Of a stretch of DNA of 64,000 nt, positions 36,943 to 47,141 are shown piece after piece. Position 1 is the first letter of the stretch; every line of letters begins with the position of its first letter. A program made the position numbers and the translations under genes. Under the pieces are notes generated by a model, which was given only the letters and a program-made list of their open reading frames with translations, did not search any database and had not been told where the DNA came from. Source of the DNA: Candidatus Puniceispirillales bacterium (GTDB lineage: Bacteria; Pseudomonadota; Alphaproteobacteria; Puniceispirillales; UBA1172); assembly GCA_965661405.1 (NCBI GenBank), contig CBFIDH010000006.1:2201-66200 (forward strand), given 5' to 3'.

Positions 36943-37713
36943 TCAATCCAGTGGTCTGATCATCCGGATGGAGTGATCAGTATCCGCAGGGGAAATACCT
37001 GCCAAATCAAACGCCTTCGCCAGCATGAGTGACCTAAGAGGCGATGGCATGACATGGATTCTATGCCATCCCTGCCCACAAAGTCCAGCCGCACGCGAAC
37101 TGATTACAACCAATTGCATAAACTGGCGGTATTCAGACAAATCATGCTGATCCAGCAAATGGCTAAACTGTTCACCCGCTCGGCCCGAATGTATCAAAAT
37201 GATCATCGGTCTGGTGGAACGGATATGATGGATGGCGGCGTCATCCAGCTCATCTTCTGTTACCGCCTCATAAACGATTATCCTCTCCACCTGCTTGTTG
37301 CTATTGGCCTCAAGCGCGGTTTTGATATCAAAACCGGAATGTGTTGCGCTCGGCCAGCAAAACCGCTGATAAGGTGTTTTCTCTAGTAACGCTAATAATG
37401 CGTTGCCATCACCGGCGGCGATATGGATATCATCAAACCCCGCCCTTTGCGCGGCGCGGGCTGTTGCCTCACCCACAACAAAACAGGGTTTCTTGATAAT
37501 GGCCTGATCGGTAATTTGGCTGGCGGCGTGACGGCTGGTGAGAATAATACCATCTACATGATCGGGGATGTCAGAAAGACCAATCTGTTGCCGCGTTTCA
37601 ATCCTAAGGGTAGGAACGGCAATGGCCTCCAGCCCCCCAGTTTTGAGATAGCGGCAATCCTCAAGCGCATCGCTCCTTGGCCTTGTGGTCATGGCAATCG
37701 GGGCGCTGATCAC
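36943..37713 (-). CDS. hemD: uroporphyrinogen-III synthase
   Basis: 256 aa with HEM4-like two-domain pattern. It overlaps the hemC stop by 4 nt. Confidence 0.7.
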   Translation of the reverse strand: MISAPIAMTTRPRSDALEDCRYLKTGGLEAIAVPTLRIETRQQIGLSDIPDHVDGIILTSRHAASQITDQAIIKKPCFVVGEATARAAQRAGFDDIHIAAGDGNALLALLEKTPYQRFCWPSATHSGFDIKTALEANSNKQVERIIVYEAVTEDELDDAAIHHIRSTRPMIILIHSGRAGEQFSHLLDQHDLSEYRQFMQLVVISSRAAGLCGQGWHRIHVMPSPLRSLMLAKAFDLAGISPADTDHSIRMIRPLD

Positions 37714-38702
37714 TTTTCGGCCTTATCAGCTTGCAAGAGAAAATCATGTCCTCCTGCTTTTTCCAGCAGAAGTAAAGCCATCTCTCTTGCCATGTTTGGG
37801 GCATCATCTGCTGGCACTGTGGCCTCATCAGCGAAACACTGGCGACCATCGGGTGAGGAGATCATGCCGCGAAAATGAAGCTGTCCGTTATTGAGATACG
37901 CACTTGCGGCGATTGGGGTTCGGCATGATCCATCCAGCGTTTCAAGAAACAAGCGCTCTGCCAGAACCTCTGCCCCGGTAACGGCATCATGAATCTTGTT
38001 TAGCGCGGTCAGCACTTGGCGGCGCCTTTTGTTCTCGCCATCTTCTGTCTGTGCGGTGCGTGCTTGAATAATAATCGCGCCTTGGGCCACCGCAGGCAAC
38101 ATCACCTCCTCGGAAATAGGGTGAACATCTGCCGTAATCCCAAGGCGATTTAATCCTGCCATGGCAAGAATAATAGCGTCATATTCCCCAGCCTTGAGGG
38201 CGTTAAGACGTGTGTTAACACTGCCGCGCAATAACACAGGTTTTAGATCAGGTCGGTGGTGGCATATGATCGCCGCACGTCTGACAGAAGCGGTGCCAAT
38301 CTTTGCGCCATGAGGCAATTCATCAAGATTGGCATAACTGCCAATCAACGCATCACGGCGATCGGCGCGCGGTAAAATCGCCGCCAGTTCTGTTCCTGGA
38401 GCTAATACCGTTTCCATGTCTTTGCCAGAATGAACCGCCGCGTCTGCTTTGCCTTCTAGCAGAATCTGTTCAAGGTATTTAACAAATAGCCCTTTGCCGC
38501 CTATTGCGGCTAGTGGTCTATCAAGCACTTCATCTCCGCGTGTGGAAAAGGTGGCTCTGTCTGAATGGATTGGGGAGAGCCTTGACTGAACTTCTTCGGT
38601 CTGGGCAACAGCAAGCGGGGACGCCCGGCTAGCCAGAACGAGAGGGGTTTCTGCTATATCGGAAAAGTTCTGATCCTTGTTCATAATATGTTCTTTACGC
38701 AT
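37710..38702 (-). CDS. hemC: hydroxymethylbilane synthase
   Basis: LASRASPLAVAQT, GTASVRR and the RGSVNTRL motif. The start may instead be ATG 38684. Confidence 0.9.
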   Translation of the reverse strand: MRKEHIMNKDQNFSDIAETPLVLASRASPLAVAQTEEVQSRLSPIHSDRATFSTRGDEVLDRPLAAIGGKGLFVKYLEQILLEGKADAAVHSGKDMETVLAPGTELAAILPRADRRDALIGSYANLDELPHGAKIGTASVRRAAIICHHRPDLKPVLLRGSVNTRLNALKAGEYDAIILAMAGLNRLGITADVHPISEEVMLPAVAQGAIIIQARTAQTEDGENKRRRQVLTALNKIHDAVTGAEVLAERLFLETLDGSCRTPIAASAYLNNGQLHFRGMISSPDGRQCFADEATVPADDAPNMAREMALLLLEKAGGHDFLLQADKAEK

Positions 38703-38777
38703 AAACAGGCCATGTTGCCAAGTCCTAACCCTATAAAATCTGCTGACCTGAGGGTGGATTTACGCTAAAACAGAAAT

Positions 38778-39857
38778 ATGACCAAGCTTATTCTAGGTAT
38801 TGAAACCAGTTGTGATGAAACGGCGGCGGCGCTGGTGGATAGTGATGGAAACATCCATGCCAATCAGATTTCTTCACAGATCAGCGAGCATCAGCGCCAT
38901 GGCGGTGTTGTGCCAGAGATTGCCGCACGTGCGCATATTGACCGCATTCGAGGGGTAATTTCTGCCGCGATGGCTGAGGCTGGGGCAAAACGTAGTGATT
39001 TGGGGGCTATTGCCGCAACGGCTGGGCCGGGGTTGATTGGCGGCGTTGTTGTGGGAACAGTGACCGCTAAGGCTATGGCCGCCGCTATGGGTCTGCCTTA
39101 TTATGCTATTAACCATTTGGAAGGCCATGCGCTTACCGCGCGGCTAACGCATCCGGTGCAATTTCCCTTTTTGCTGTTACTGGTGTCGGGGGGACATAGC
39201 CAAATCTTAGTGGTCGAAGGTCCGGGGCAATATCGGCTTTATGGGGCGACGCTTGATGATGCCGCGGGTGAGGCTTTTGATAAATCTGCCAAAGTCATGG
39301 GTCTGCCTATGCCAGGTGGCCCGAATATTGAGAAATTGGCAAAACAAGGTGATGCCAGTCGTTTTGATTTGCCGCGCCCGATGATCAGAAAACCGGGCTG
39401 TGCCATGTCTTTTTCCGGTCTCAAGACAGCTGTGATTCAGGCATGGGAAAATGGGGGGAAAGCCGCATCCGAGGCGCCACATCTGGCGGCCTCTCTGCAA
39501 CAGGCTATCGCGGATTGTCTGGTCAACCGTAGCCGCAATGCTATGCGCCAATTTCGGTCAGATTTTAACATAGTTGCCCCTAATATTGCCCCTAATATTG
39601 TCCCTGATATTGTTGTATCCGGAGGTGTTGCCGCTAATCAGGTGATCCGCCATGGGCTTGAAACTCTGGCTGAGGCTGAGGGCTTCCGTTTTCATGCTCC
39701 GCCTATCGCGCTTTGCACGGATAACGCGGTCATGATTGCTTGGGCGGCGGCGGAATATATTAACGCTGGCCTTGCGGCTTCACCGCGTGATTTTGCCCCG
39801 CGACCGCGCTGGCCTCTGGCAGAAATGTCAGACCCGTCATGGAGTGCGGCATCATGA
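38778..39857 (+). CDS. tsaD: tRNA N6-adenosine threonylcarbamoyltransferase
   Basis: ILGIETSCDETAAALV, NHLEGHAL and VSGGVAAN motifs. Confidence 0.9.
   Translation: MTKLILGIETSCDETAAALVDSDGNIHANQISSQISEHQRHGGVVPEIAARAHIDRIRGVISAAMAEAGAKRSDLGAIAATAGPGLIGGVVVGTVTAKAMAAAMGLPYYAINHLEGHALTARLTHPVQFPFLLLLVSGGHSQILVVEGPGQYRLYGATLDDAAGEAFDKSAKVMGLPMPGGPNIEKLAKQGDASRFDLPRPMIRKPGCAMSFSGLKTAVIQAWENGGKAASEAPHLAASLQQAIADCLVNRSRNAMRQFRSDFNIVAPNIAPNIVPDIVVSGGVAANQVIRHGLETLAEAEGFRFHAPPIALCTDNAVMIAWAAAEYINAGLAASPRDFAPRPRWPLAEMSDPSWSAAS
39575..39610. repeat. 12-bp tandem repeat TGCCCCTAATAT x3 (third copy diverged)
   Basis: Read directly. It encodes APNI-APNI-VPDI just before the VSGGVAAN motif of TsaD. Confidence 0.9.
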
Positions 39858-40831
39858 GTAAAGTAACAGTCATTGGCGGCGGCGCATGGGGGAGTGCGCT
39901 GGCCTCGGTTTTGGCAGGGCAAGACCATGATGTGACGGTACTGGTTCGCAGACAGGACATGGCCGATGCCTTGATGAAAGGGATATCACCGCGTCTGGAT
40001 GATCAGCCGATCACAGCGCCGCGCTTGGCGACCACTGATGCGGCTAAAGCCCTAACTGGCGCTGATGCGGTGCTGGTGGTTGTTCCCGTTGCCGCCACGA
40101 GTGATGCCTTGATCCTGATTAAGAAACACGCCCCATCAGGGGCAATGGTGGCCTTGACCGCCAAAGGTCTTGATGCCGAAACTGGAGCATTGCAAACCGA
40201 ATTGGCAGATCAACATCTGGGCCGTGATATCGTCATGCTTTGTGGGCCAAGTTTTGCGGATGAGACGGCGGCAAATAAGCCATGTTGTCTGGTGGCGGCA
40301 TCACAAAACCCTGAACTGGCGCAAGGGGTAGCAGGGCTATTTCACGCCAGCACGGTTCGTGTTTATACGAGCAATGATCCCATTGGGGTTGCGGTGGCGT
40401 CATCCACGAAAAATGTCATTGCGATTGCCGCTGGAATTACGGCCGCGCTTGGGTTGGGTGATAATGCTCGCGCGGCCTTGATCGTTCGCGGTTTAGCGGA
40501 ATCAACGCGACTTGCCCTTGCTCTAGGCGGTCAGCAACAGACGCTCTTTGGGCTGGCTGGTGTTGGTGATATGATACTGACTTGTACGGATACGCATTCG
40601 CGGAATTATTCTTATGGGGCGGCGTTGGGATCAGGTCAGGCTCCGGGTGCGGTTCTGGCAGAAGGCGCACGATCAGCCGCCAGTCTTGCTCGCCGTGCCG
40701 AAAGCATCGGTGTTGAAACGCCGATTATTTCGGCTATTAACCGGGTCGTTAATGATGGCGCGGATATTAAAATAGAGATTCAGGGCTTACTGGCACGACC
40801 AGTGGATCAGGAATGGATCAAGACCGATTAA
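39854..40831 (+). CDS. gpsA: NAD(P)H-dependent glycerol-3-phosphate dehydrogenase
   Basis: VIGGGAWGSALA Rossmann motif and GPSFADE. Its ATG overlaps the tsaD stop (ATGA). Confidence 0.9.
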   Translation: MSKVTVIGGGAWGSALASVLAGQDHDVTVLVRRQDMADALMKGISPRLDDQPITAPRLATTDAAKALTGADAVLVVVPVAATSDALILIKKHAPSGAMVALTAKGLDAETGALQTELADQHLGRDIVMLCGPSFADETAANKPCCLVAASQNPELAQGVAGLFHASTVRVYTSNDPIGVAVASSTKNVIAIAAGITAALGLGDNARAALIVRGLAESTRLALALGGQQQTLFGLAGVGDMILTCTDTHSRNYSYGAALGSGQAPGAVLAEGARSAASLARRAESIGVETPIISAINRVVNDGADIKIEIQGLLARPVDQEWIKTD

Positions 40832-40870
40832 CTCACGAACCAGATACCCTACGACAACACGAGGATGATA

Positions 40871-41290
40871 ATGAAAACTTGGCTCTTTAAATCCGAACCT
40901 TCTACATGGTCATGGCAGGATCAGCTTGACGCTGGCGAAAAAGGAACAGGCTGGGATGGGGTGCGAAACTATCAGGCTTCCAACAACATGAAGGCGATGG
41001 CGTTAGGTGATCTGGGGTTTTTCTATCATTCCGTCAATGAAAAACGCATTGTTGGTATTGTTGAGGTGATTGCCCTCTATCATCCCGATCATACCGATGC
41101 CAGTGGCCGTTTTGGAATGGTGGATGTGAAGGCGGTCAAGACGGTGAATACGCCTGTCACTTTGGCTGAGATCAAAGCAAACCCCCATCTAGCCGAACTG
41201 GCGCTTATTCGTCAGTCACGGCTTTCTGTGGTGCCAGTATCAGCAGAACATTGGGCCGAATTGTTGCGGATGACAGAAACCAAGCTTTAA
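40871..41290 (+). CDS. EVE (DUF55) domain protein
   Basis: MKTWLFKSEPSTWSW is the typical N-terminus. A GAGGA SD lies before ATG 40871. Confidence 0.8.
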   Translation: MKTWLFKSEPSTWSWQDQLDAGEKGTGWDGVRNYQASNNMKAMALGDLGFFYHSVNEKRIVGIVEVIALYHPDHTDASGRFGMVDVKAVKTVNTPVTLAEIKANPHLAELALIRQSRLSVVPVSAEHWAELLRMTETKL

Positions 41291-41308
41291 TCGGCATAAG
41301 GGTGATGT

Positions 41309-41701
41309 TTATTCCGTGTCTTCCGGGGCGTTGCGCCGACGATCCCTTGAGACAAAATAGAGATTGCGCAGATAAATAAACAATCCCAAGCCCTGACCAA
41401 AAATAATCACCGGGTCTTGACGCCAGATAGCGTACAACAACAAAACCATGCCGCCGCCAATGGAAAAATACCAAAAGGCGATAGGAATAACACTGCGGTT
41501 TTCACGCTCTGAGGTGATCCACTGAATAATAAACCTCATGGCGAATAAAAACTGTCCGCCAAAGCCAATGACAATCATAATGGTTTCGGGATGTTCCGGC
41601 AGGCTTTCCGGCAAAAATGGAAAAATGGTGATCAATGCCCATGATAAGCCGATGGCAAAGCTCTCAATTGATGCTGAAAGGACAGAGATAAACTCAAACA
41701 T
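41309..41701 (-). CDS. small membrane protein with lipid-A-biosynthesis N-terminal (LAB_N) domain
   Basis: GGQFLFAMRFIIQWITSE and IPIAFWYFSIGGG are LAB_N-type repeats. Confidence 0.65.
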   Translation of the reverse strand: MFEFISVLSASIESFAIGLSWALITIFPFLPESLPEHPETIMIVIGFGGQFLFAMRFIIQWITSERENRSVIPIAFWYFSIGGGMVLLLYAIWRQDPVIIFGQGLGLFIYLRNLYFVSRDRRRNAPEDTE

Positions 41702-41707
41702 ATGATG

Positions 41708-42445
41708 CTATTCCAATTCTTCGCTTTTTAAGGATTTGGGACTGCGGCGGATGAGCCACCAAACCCCCAGAATATCCGATATGCCAACGATGAGGCGATC
41801 AAGAATCCGATATTTTGATACCCCCACTTGTCGGGCGGCGTGACCAACAGGAACCGCCAATACGGTGGCTCCTTCACGATTTGCCAAGGCTGGCATAAAG
41901 CGGTGGATATGATTAAAATACGGCAAACGCAAAAACAATTCCCGATCAAAAACTTTAATTCCACAGCCACTGTCGGGGTGCTGGTCTTTTAACATCCATG
42001 CCCTAATCCGCTTTGCCCAACGTGAGGCAATACGCTTGCCCAAACTGTCTTGGCGGTTTTGGCGCACGCCTGCGGCCATTACCAATCCGCCAAAGTTTGC
42101 TTTCTCTGACTGCCATGCGGTTTCCAGCGTCACCAAATCAGCAGGGAGATTCTGACCGTCTCCATCAAGCGTTGCGATAAGGTCGGCGCGCGCCGCCAGA
42201 ATTCCGGTGCGAAGCGCGGCGCTCTGACCTGAACGGCGGCTATGTGTGATGGCCCTTAAACAGCTATGCTTGGCTTTTTCTGCAACCAATTCGGCATAGG
42301 TAGCGTCGTTGCTAGCATCATTGACATAGATGATTTCAATCTGCCGCCCGGCAAATGCCGAAACAATATCCGTAATAAGTGGCTCAATATTTCCTGCTTC
42401 ATTCATCACAGGCACAATGACACTGATTTCAGGTTGTTTTGACAT
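41708..42445 (-). CDS. GT2 polyprenyl-phosphate glycosyltransferase (ArnC/DPM1-like)
   Basis: SVIVPVMNEAGNI and the DGDGQN (DxD) motif. An AGGAAAG SD lies before ATG 42445. Confidence 0.8.
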   Translation of the reverse strand: MSKQPEISVIVPVMNEAGNIEPLITDIVSAFAGRQIEIIYVNDASNDATYAELVAEKAKHSCLRAITHSRRSGQSAALRTGILAARADLIATLDGDGQNLPADLVTLETAWQSEKANFGGLVMAAGVRQNRQDSLGKRIASRWAKRIRAWMLKDQHPDSGCGIKVFDRELFLRLPYFNHIHRFMPALANREGATVLAVPVGHAARQVGVSKYRILDRLIVGISDILGVWWLIRRSPKSLKSEELE

Positions 42446-42538
42446 ATGAACACTTTCCTGAGGCAAGAGACACGATGATTGCCTTATGGCGTTAATACTG
42501 GAGCAACTCGCTGGCGTCAATTACTGGTATGATAGATG

Positions 42539-44254
42539 TTATTGTTGGCGGCGATAAATCCCTATTCTGGCAGGTTTGCCGCGAGAATAGTTAAACCCTT
42601 CAATGACCCCAACAGCAGTAACAGTAATATTCATTTGCCCCAAGAAATCTAAAAACTCTGGTGCTGCCTTTGCCTCAACCAAGGCGGTACCATTCGGGGC
42701 TTCAACCAGAAACAGCGCGGTTTGTTCTGCCGTGAACAAAAGCACATCTTCACCCAAGGCAAAGACAAGTGACGGTTCATGGTATCCGGCGGCGGCTATC
42801 GGCGCTTCTAGAGCATCCAAACGCTGTAATTCCGCCTTGATGCGCGGAGCCAGATGCAATCCGTTCATCCCCGGCAGAACACCTCCCAAGGTCACGGCAT
42901 GAAAACAAGCCCCCAAAATAAGCATGGCGGTCAAATGCGAAGACTTGCCGCTTGGTCGTCGCCAAAACCATCCCATCACCGCTGTTGCAATACCGAGCCC
43001 CAGAACAAGACTAGCCAATATCATCGGGCCATCATAAAGGCTGGCAATAACAAAAATAACGCCGCCGAGAAGCGGCCCGATCAATAGGCGAAGATACTCA
43101 AGAACAATGACCATTGTTGAAGGTTTTAGAATGGCGAGGATGATGGATAATACCCTTGGGTTCTTGCCATGGCCAGAGACCGTAGGCAAGCAAAACACTG
43201 GGGCTTTGGCTTGCCAGCCAAAACAGGCTACCAATAGCGCCAGCGCAGGCAAAACTGGTAGGCTGTAATGCGGCAATTTAGTGGGGGTAATTTCAATAAT
43301 CAGCCAAAAGGGAAGAAGCCATGCCAGCAGAAAGCGGGTAGATGGGGTTTTCCGATGCATCCATATCCCGCTAATAGCACGGCCTATCAACAGACTGCCG
43401 GGCCAGAAAACAATAGCTAACAGCATGAGATGAGTGCCAAATGGCATCCCGTGGGATTCCTGCCCGGTTTCCAGTTTATTGAGAAAATCACCTTTAATAG
43501 CGGTATTCAAAAAGGCGCCGTCTGTGGCGGCTGTCACCAGCAACACCCATGGCAAGACCATTAAAGTGACGACAACCAATCCCATCAGAGGACGTGTCGC
43601 AAGAACCCAATTCACACGTCTTTCTAGTATCATAAACCCTAGAATGGTCAGGATCAGAATAGCAGGGGCAATCGGCCCCTTGACCAGAATGGCAAACGCC
43701 AGTGCCACCCAAAGCATAAGCGCCCAGCGCCCGGATACATAGCGGCTGTTTCGATCCAGATGAATAATACGCCATAGCGCATATTGTTGAACCATGATCA
43801 AAAACGTCAGCATAGCATCAGTTTTGGCAAGGCGGCTTTCTGTGACCATGACCAGACTGACACCAATTAGCGCGGCGGCAAGCAAGGCTTGGGGCGGCGA
43901 CATCATACGACTGGCAAAGGCAAGGGTCATCAGCGCGACACCAAATCCGGCAAGGATACTAGGCAGACGATAAGAACCGGGATTATCGGCCCCAAAGAGG
44001 GCGGCGGATGCAGATTGCAACCAATAGATTCCAGCAGGTTTTTTGGCGCGCAGTTCATCTTGAAAGCGGATGGTAATGATATCACCACTATCCAGCATCT
44101 GATGACTTGCCTGCATATATCTGGCTTCGTCCCGATCCATGGGAGGTAGTTGCGTTACCCCCGGAAGAACCGCCACAGCCATAACAAGCATCAGCAGGAA
44201 AAAGGTAGGGTGTTTCCGCCATAATTGCGTTATAGAAGTGAGGTAAGTCATCAT
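42539..44254 (-). CDS. GT-C family glycosyltransferase (ArnT/PMT_2-like)
   Basis: 571 aa with more than 10 TM helices. The N-terminal periplasmic-loop motif is PPMDRDEARY, and there is a C-terminal soluble domain. Confidence 0.75.
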   Translation of the reverse strand: MMTYLTSITQLWRKHPTFFLLMLVMAVAVLPGVTQLPPMDRDEARYMQASHQMLDSGDIITIRFQDELRAKKPAGIYWLQSASAALFGADNPGSYRLPSILAGFGVALMTLAFASRMMSPPQALLAAALIGVSLVMVTESRLAKTDAMLTFLIMVQQYALWRIIHLDRNSRYVSGRWALMLWVALAFAILVKGPIAPAILILTILGFMILERRVNWVLATRPLMGLVVVTLMVLPWVLLVTAATDGAFLNTAIKGDFLNKLETGQESHGMPFGTHLMLLAIVFWPGSLLIGRAISGIWMHRKTPSTRFLLAWLLPFWLIIEITPTKLPHYSLPVLPALALLVACFGWQAKAPVFCLPTVSGHGKNPRVLSIILAILKPSTMVIVLEYLRLLIGPLLGGVIFVIASLYDGPMILASLVLGLGIATAVMGWFWRRPSGKSSHLTAMLILGACFHAVTLGGVLPGMNGLHLAPRIKAELQRLDALEAPIAAAGYHEPSLVFALGEDVLLFTAEQTALFLVEAPNGTALVEAKAAPEFLDFLGQMNITVTAVGVIEGFNYSRGKPARIGIYRRQQ

Positions 44255-44309
44255 GCTGGCACTATATCGCTAAAAGATGACACTGAAAACATCAACCTGA
44301 CTGATCTTT

Positions 44310-45692
44310 ATGACTAATCCTGTTTCACCTGATACGCCTGAGCGCAAACTGGATCATCTTGACGGCAACAATCGCAAAGCGATTCGCCGCCAAGCATGGC
44401 GTATCGCCATTCCCGTCATTGTCGCTAACAGCTCAATTCCTTTGGTGGCGATTGTCGATACGGCGGTGATGGGGCATCTGGATCACGCGCATTATATCGG
44501 CTCTGTGGCGATGGGCAGTTTTATTTTCAGCCTTATTCTGGCGGCTTTTGGGTTTTTGCGCATGGCTACCACTGGTTTTGTGGCACAGGCCGCCGGAGCT
44601 CAAGATGGCAAGTTGGTGGTTGCACATTTCTGGCGTGCGATGGTGATTGCCTTGATCCTTGGCGGATTGACGATGCTCCTAACGCCGCTGATTATTTTAT
44701 TGTCCGTCATGACCTTGACCTTAAGTGATGATGTGGCAAGCGGCATGACCATTTATCTCAGCATTGTTTGTCTTGCTGCCCCGGCGATTACGGTAAATAT
44801 GGTGATTATTGGCGTTTTGTTTGGTCTCTGGCGTGTTAAGGCTACGGTGATACAATTGATGACCGTTAATATCATTAACATCATCGGCAATTTGGTGTTG
44901 GTCTATGGCTATGGTATGCGGGTTGAGGGGGTGGCATTAGCCACGGCGATTGCCCATTACGCTGGTTTGCTGGTGACCTTGCCATTGGTTCTTGCGGCTA
45001 TTCGTTCGGTGGCGCCACTGAAATGGCCTGATTTTTTTGTTGTCTTTGATCTGGCGGCAATGCGGCGTTATCTATCGCTTGGCTTTGATCTCACCATCCG
45101 TACCAGTTGTATTATCTTATCGGAATTAATTGTCCTTAACGCGGCATCAGGAATTGATGATGTCTCCCTCGCGGCATCACAAATCGGCTTTGTTATTTTT
45201 GGCGCGATTGCCTATCCGCTAGATGGCTTTGCCCACGCGGCAGAGGCCTTAACAGGTTCAGCCATTGGACGCCGTAACCCGATCATGTTCAACCACACCT
45301 TGCGCGAAACCACATGGCTTGCTGTGATTATGGCGGTGCTGATGGCGGTTGGGCTTGTGCTGATTGGGCCGTTAATCATTGGCGTTTTGACAAGCATTCC
45401 TTCGGTGATAGAAACCAGTTACCACATCTTGCCGATCTTGGTGATCATGCCCATTGTATCGGTATTTGCCTTTCAGATGGATGGTGTGTTTGTTGGTGCT
45501 ACTATGGGCCGTGATATGCGTAATGCTATGTTGGTATCCATGGCCTTATTCATACCATTGGTTTATGTGCTTGGTCTGTGGTTTGGATTAATCGGGGTCT
45601 GGGTTGCCTTTTTGTTTCTTCTTGGGTTAAGAGGGGCAACATTATGGATGCGACTTGATCATGTTCGGGCCTCTGCCGAGGCCAAAGGTTAG
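44310..45692 (+). CDS. MATE family efflux transporter
   Basis: 460 aa with 12 TM helices. The N-terminus IAIPVIVANSSIPLVAIVDTAVMGHL is typical of MATE. Confidence 0.85.
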   Translation: MTNPVSPDTPERKLDHLDGNNRKAIRRQAWRIAIPVIVANSSIPLVAIVDTAVMGHLDHAHYIGSVAMGSFIFSLILAAFGFLRMATTGFVAQAAGAQDGKLVVAHFWRAMVIALILGGLTMLLTPLIILLSVMTLTLSDDVASGMTIYLSIVCLAAPAITVNMVIIGVLFGLWRVKATVIQLMTVNIINIIGNLVLVYGYGMRVEGVALATAIAHYAGLLVTLPLVLAAIRSVAPLKWPDFFVVFDLAAMRRYLSLGFDLTIRTSCIILSELIVLNAASGIDDVSLAASQIGFVIFGAIAYPLDGFAHAAEALTGSAIGRRNPIMFNHTLRETTWLAVIMAVLMAVGLVLIGPLIIGVLTSIPSVIETSYHILPILVIMPIVSVFAFQMDGVFVGATMGRDMRNAMLVSMALFIPLVYVLGLWFGLIGVWVAFLFLLGLRGATLWMRLDHVRASAEAKG

Positions 45693-45697
45693 CCGCG

Positions 45698-45717
45698 ATT
45701 TGTGCGCAATTTGTGCG
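45698..45717. repeat. tandem duplication, ATTTGTGCG x2, period 11
   Basis: Read directly. It starts 6 nt after the MATE stop codon. Confidence 0.85.
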
Positions 45718-45753
45718 TATGGGACAGAAATAGAATGTTGAGGGGATTTTTAA

Positions 45754-47130
45754 ATGGATAACCATCACCTGATTAAAGACAAAGATGATACTAGCCGCCC
45801 GATTATCCGTCTCAAAAAGGCATCGTGGCAGGAATGGCGAGAAAGCTCACCTAACCGCTGGCTAAATTGGCTGGATAGTCACCAGTTTAGCCTGCGCAAA
45901 AACGCCATGATAGCTTTGCCTAGTGCGGATTTTGAGGTTGAGGCGGTTCTGCAATCAGCGTCTGATAAGGCTTTTGCTGACGGGGCAAGGGCAAGCAAAT
46001 TATCCCCCGGCACTTATCATTTGGCGGCGGCTCAAGCAGATGAGGTTGAGGCTTTTGCCCTTGGCTGGGCGTTAGAAAATTATGATTTTTCAAGTTATCG
46101 GAAAGCCACTTCCGCGCCATCACCAAAGGCAATATTGGCGGTTGGTGATGCGTCGATTTTTGATCGTGTGGAGGCATTGGCGTCATCAACAGCATTGGTG
46201 CGTGATCTGATCAACACGCCTGCCAATATTCTCACCCCGGCAGGGCTAGAGGACGCGGCGCGTGATCTGGCAGACACCTTTGGTGCAAAGATTAATGTCA
46301 CGATGGGTGATGATCTAGCTAAGCATTTCCCCGCTATTCATATCGTGGGTCGCGCCGCAGAAGTCCCGCCAAGGCTGATTGATCTGACATGGGGGGATGC
46401 TGGCCCGCGCATCACTCTTATTGGTAAAGGCATCACTTTTGATAGTGGGGGGCTGGATATCAAACCATCTTCGGGAATGGAAATTATGAAAAAGGATATG
46501 GGCGGGGCGGCCCATGTTCTAGGGCTGGCAAGGGCGGTGATGGCAACAGCTTTGCCAGTTCGTTTGCGGGTGTTAATTCCTGCCGCTGAAAATGCAATCT
46601 CGGCGCTATCCATGCGGCCATTAGATATTATTGATACCGCCGCAGGTATTCCGGTTGAGGTTGGTAATACCGATGCCGAAGGGCGGTTGGTGCTGGCAGA
46701 TGCAATCCATCTGGCAACGCAAGAGGATAATGATGTGCTGATTGATTTTGCCACCCTAACAGGTGCGGCAAGGGTGGCGCTTGGCACGGGGCTTCCGGCA
46801 CTGTTCTGTAATGATCAAGATTTAAGCAGGCGGTTGATGGAACATGGGCATAAAACCGATGATCCGATGTGGGCATTGCCGCTTCATGCCCCTTATGACA
46901 AACAGCTTGATCAAGGTCACGCGGCGCTGTCTAGCACAGGGTCTTCACGTTATGGCGGCGCCATTACGGCGGCTTTGTTCCTGCAACGGTTTCTTAGCAA
47001 ACCGCAACCATGGGCGCATTTTGATGTCATGGCGTGGAATCTGTCGGCGCGCCCCGGGCATCCTAAGGGCGGTGAGGCGATGGCAATGCGAGCAGTGTTT
47101 AGCTTGATCAGAGAGATGGCTGAAACCTGA
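45754..47130 (+). CDS. M17 leucyl aminopeptidase family protein
   Basis: GKGITFDSGG and NTDAEGRLVLADA catalytic motifs. Confidence 0.85.
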   Translation: MDNHHLIKDKDDTSRPIIRLKKASWQEWRESSPNRWLNWLDSHQFSLRKNAMIALPSADFEVEAVLQSASDKAFADGARASKLSPGTYHLAAAQADEVEAFALGWALENYDFSSYRKATSAPSPKAILAVGDASIFDRVEALASSTALVRDLINTPANILTPAGLEDAARDLADTFGAKINVTMGDDLAKHFPAIHIVGRAAEVPPRLIDLTWGDAGPRITLIGKGITFDSGGLDIKPSSGMEIMKKDMGGAAHVLGLARAVMATALPVRLRVLIPAAENAISALSMRPLDIIDTAAGIPVEVGNTDAEGRLVLADAIHLATQEDNDVLIDFATLTGAARVALGTGLPALFCNDQDLSRRLMEHGHKTDDPMWALPLHAPYDKQLDQGHAALSSTGSSRYGGAITAALFLQRFLSKPQPWAHFDVMAWNLSARPGHPKGGEAMAMRAVFSLIREMAET

Positions 47131-47141
47131 TACCCCCCCCC

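Noticed and set aside
46338-46787. 149-aa minus-strand ORF inside the M17 peptidase gene
   Set aside because: It is antisense to a gene with clear catalytic motifs, so it is a shadow ORF.
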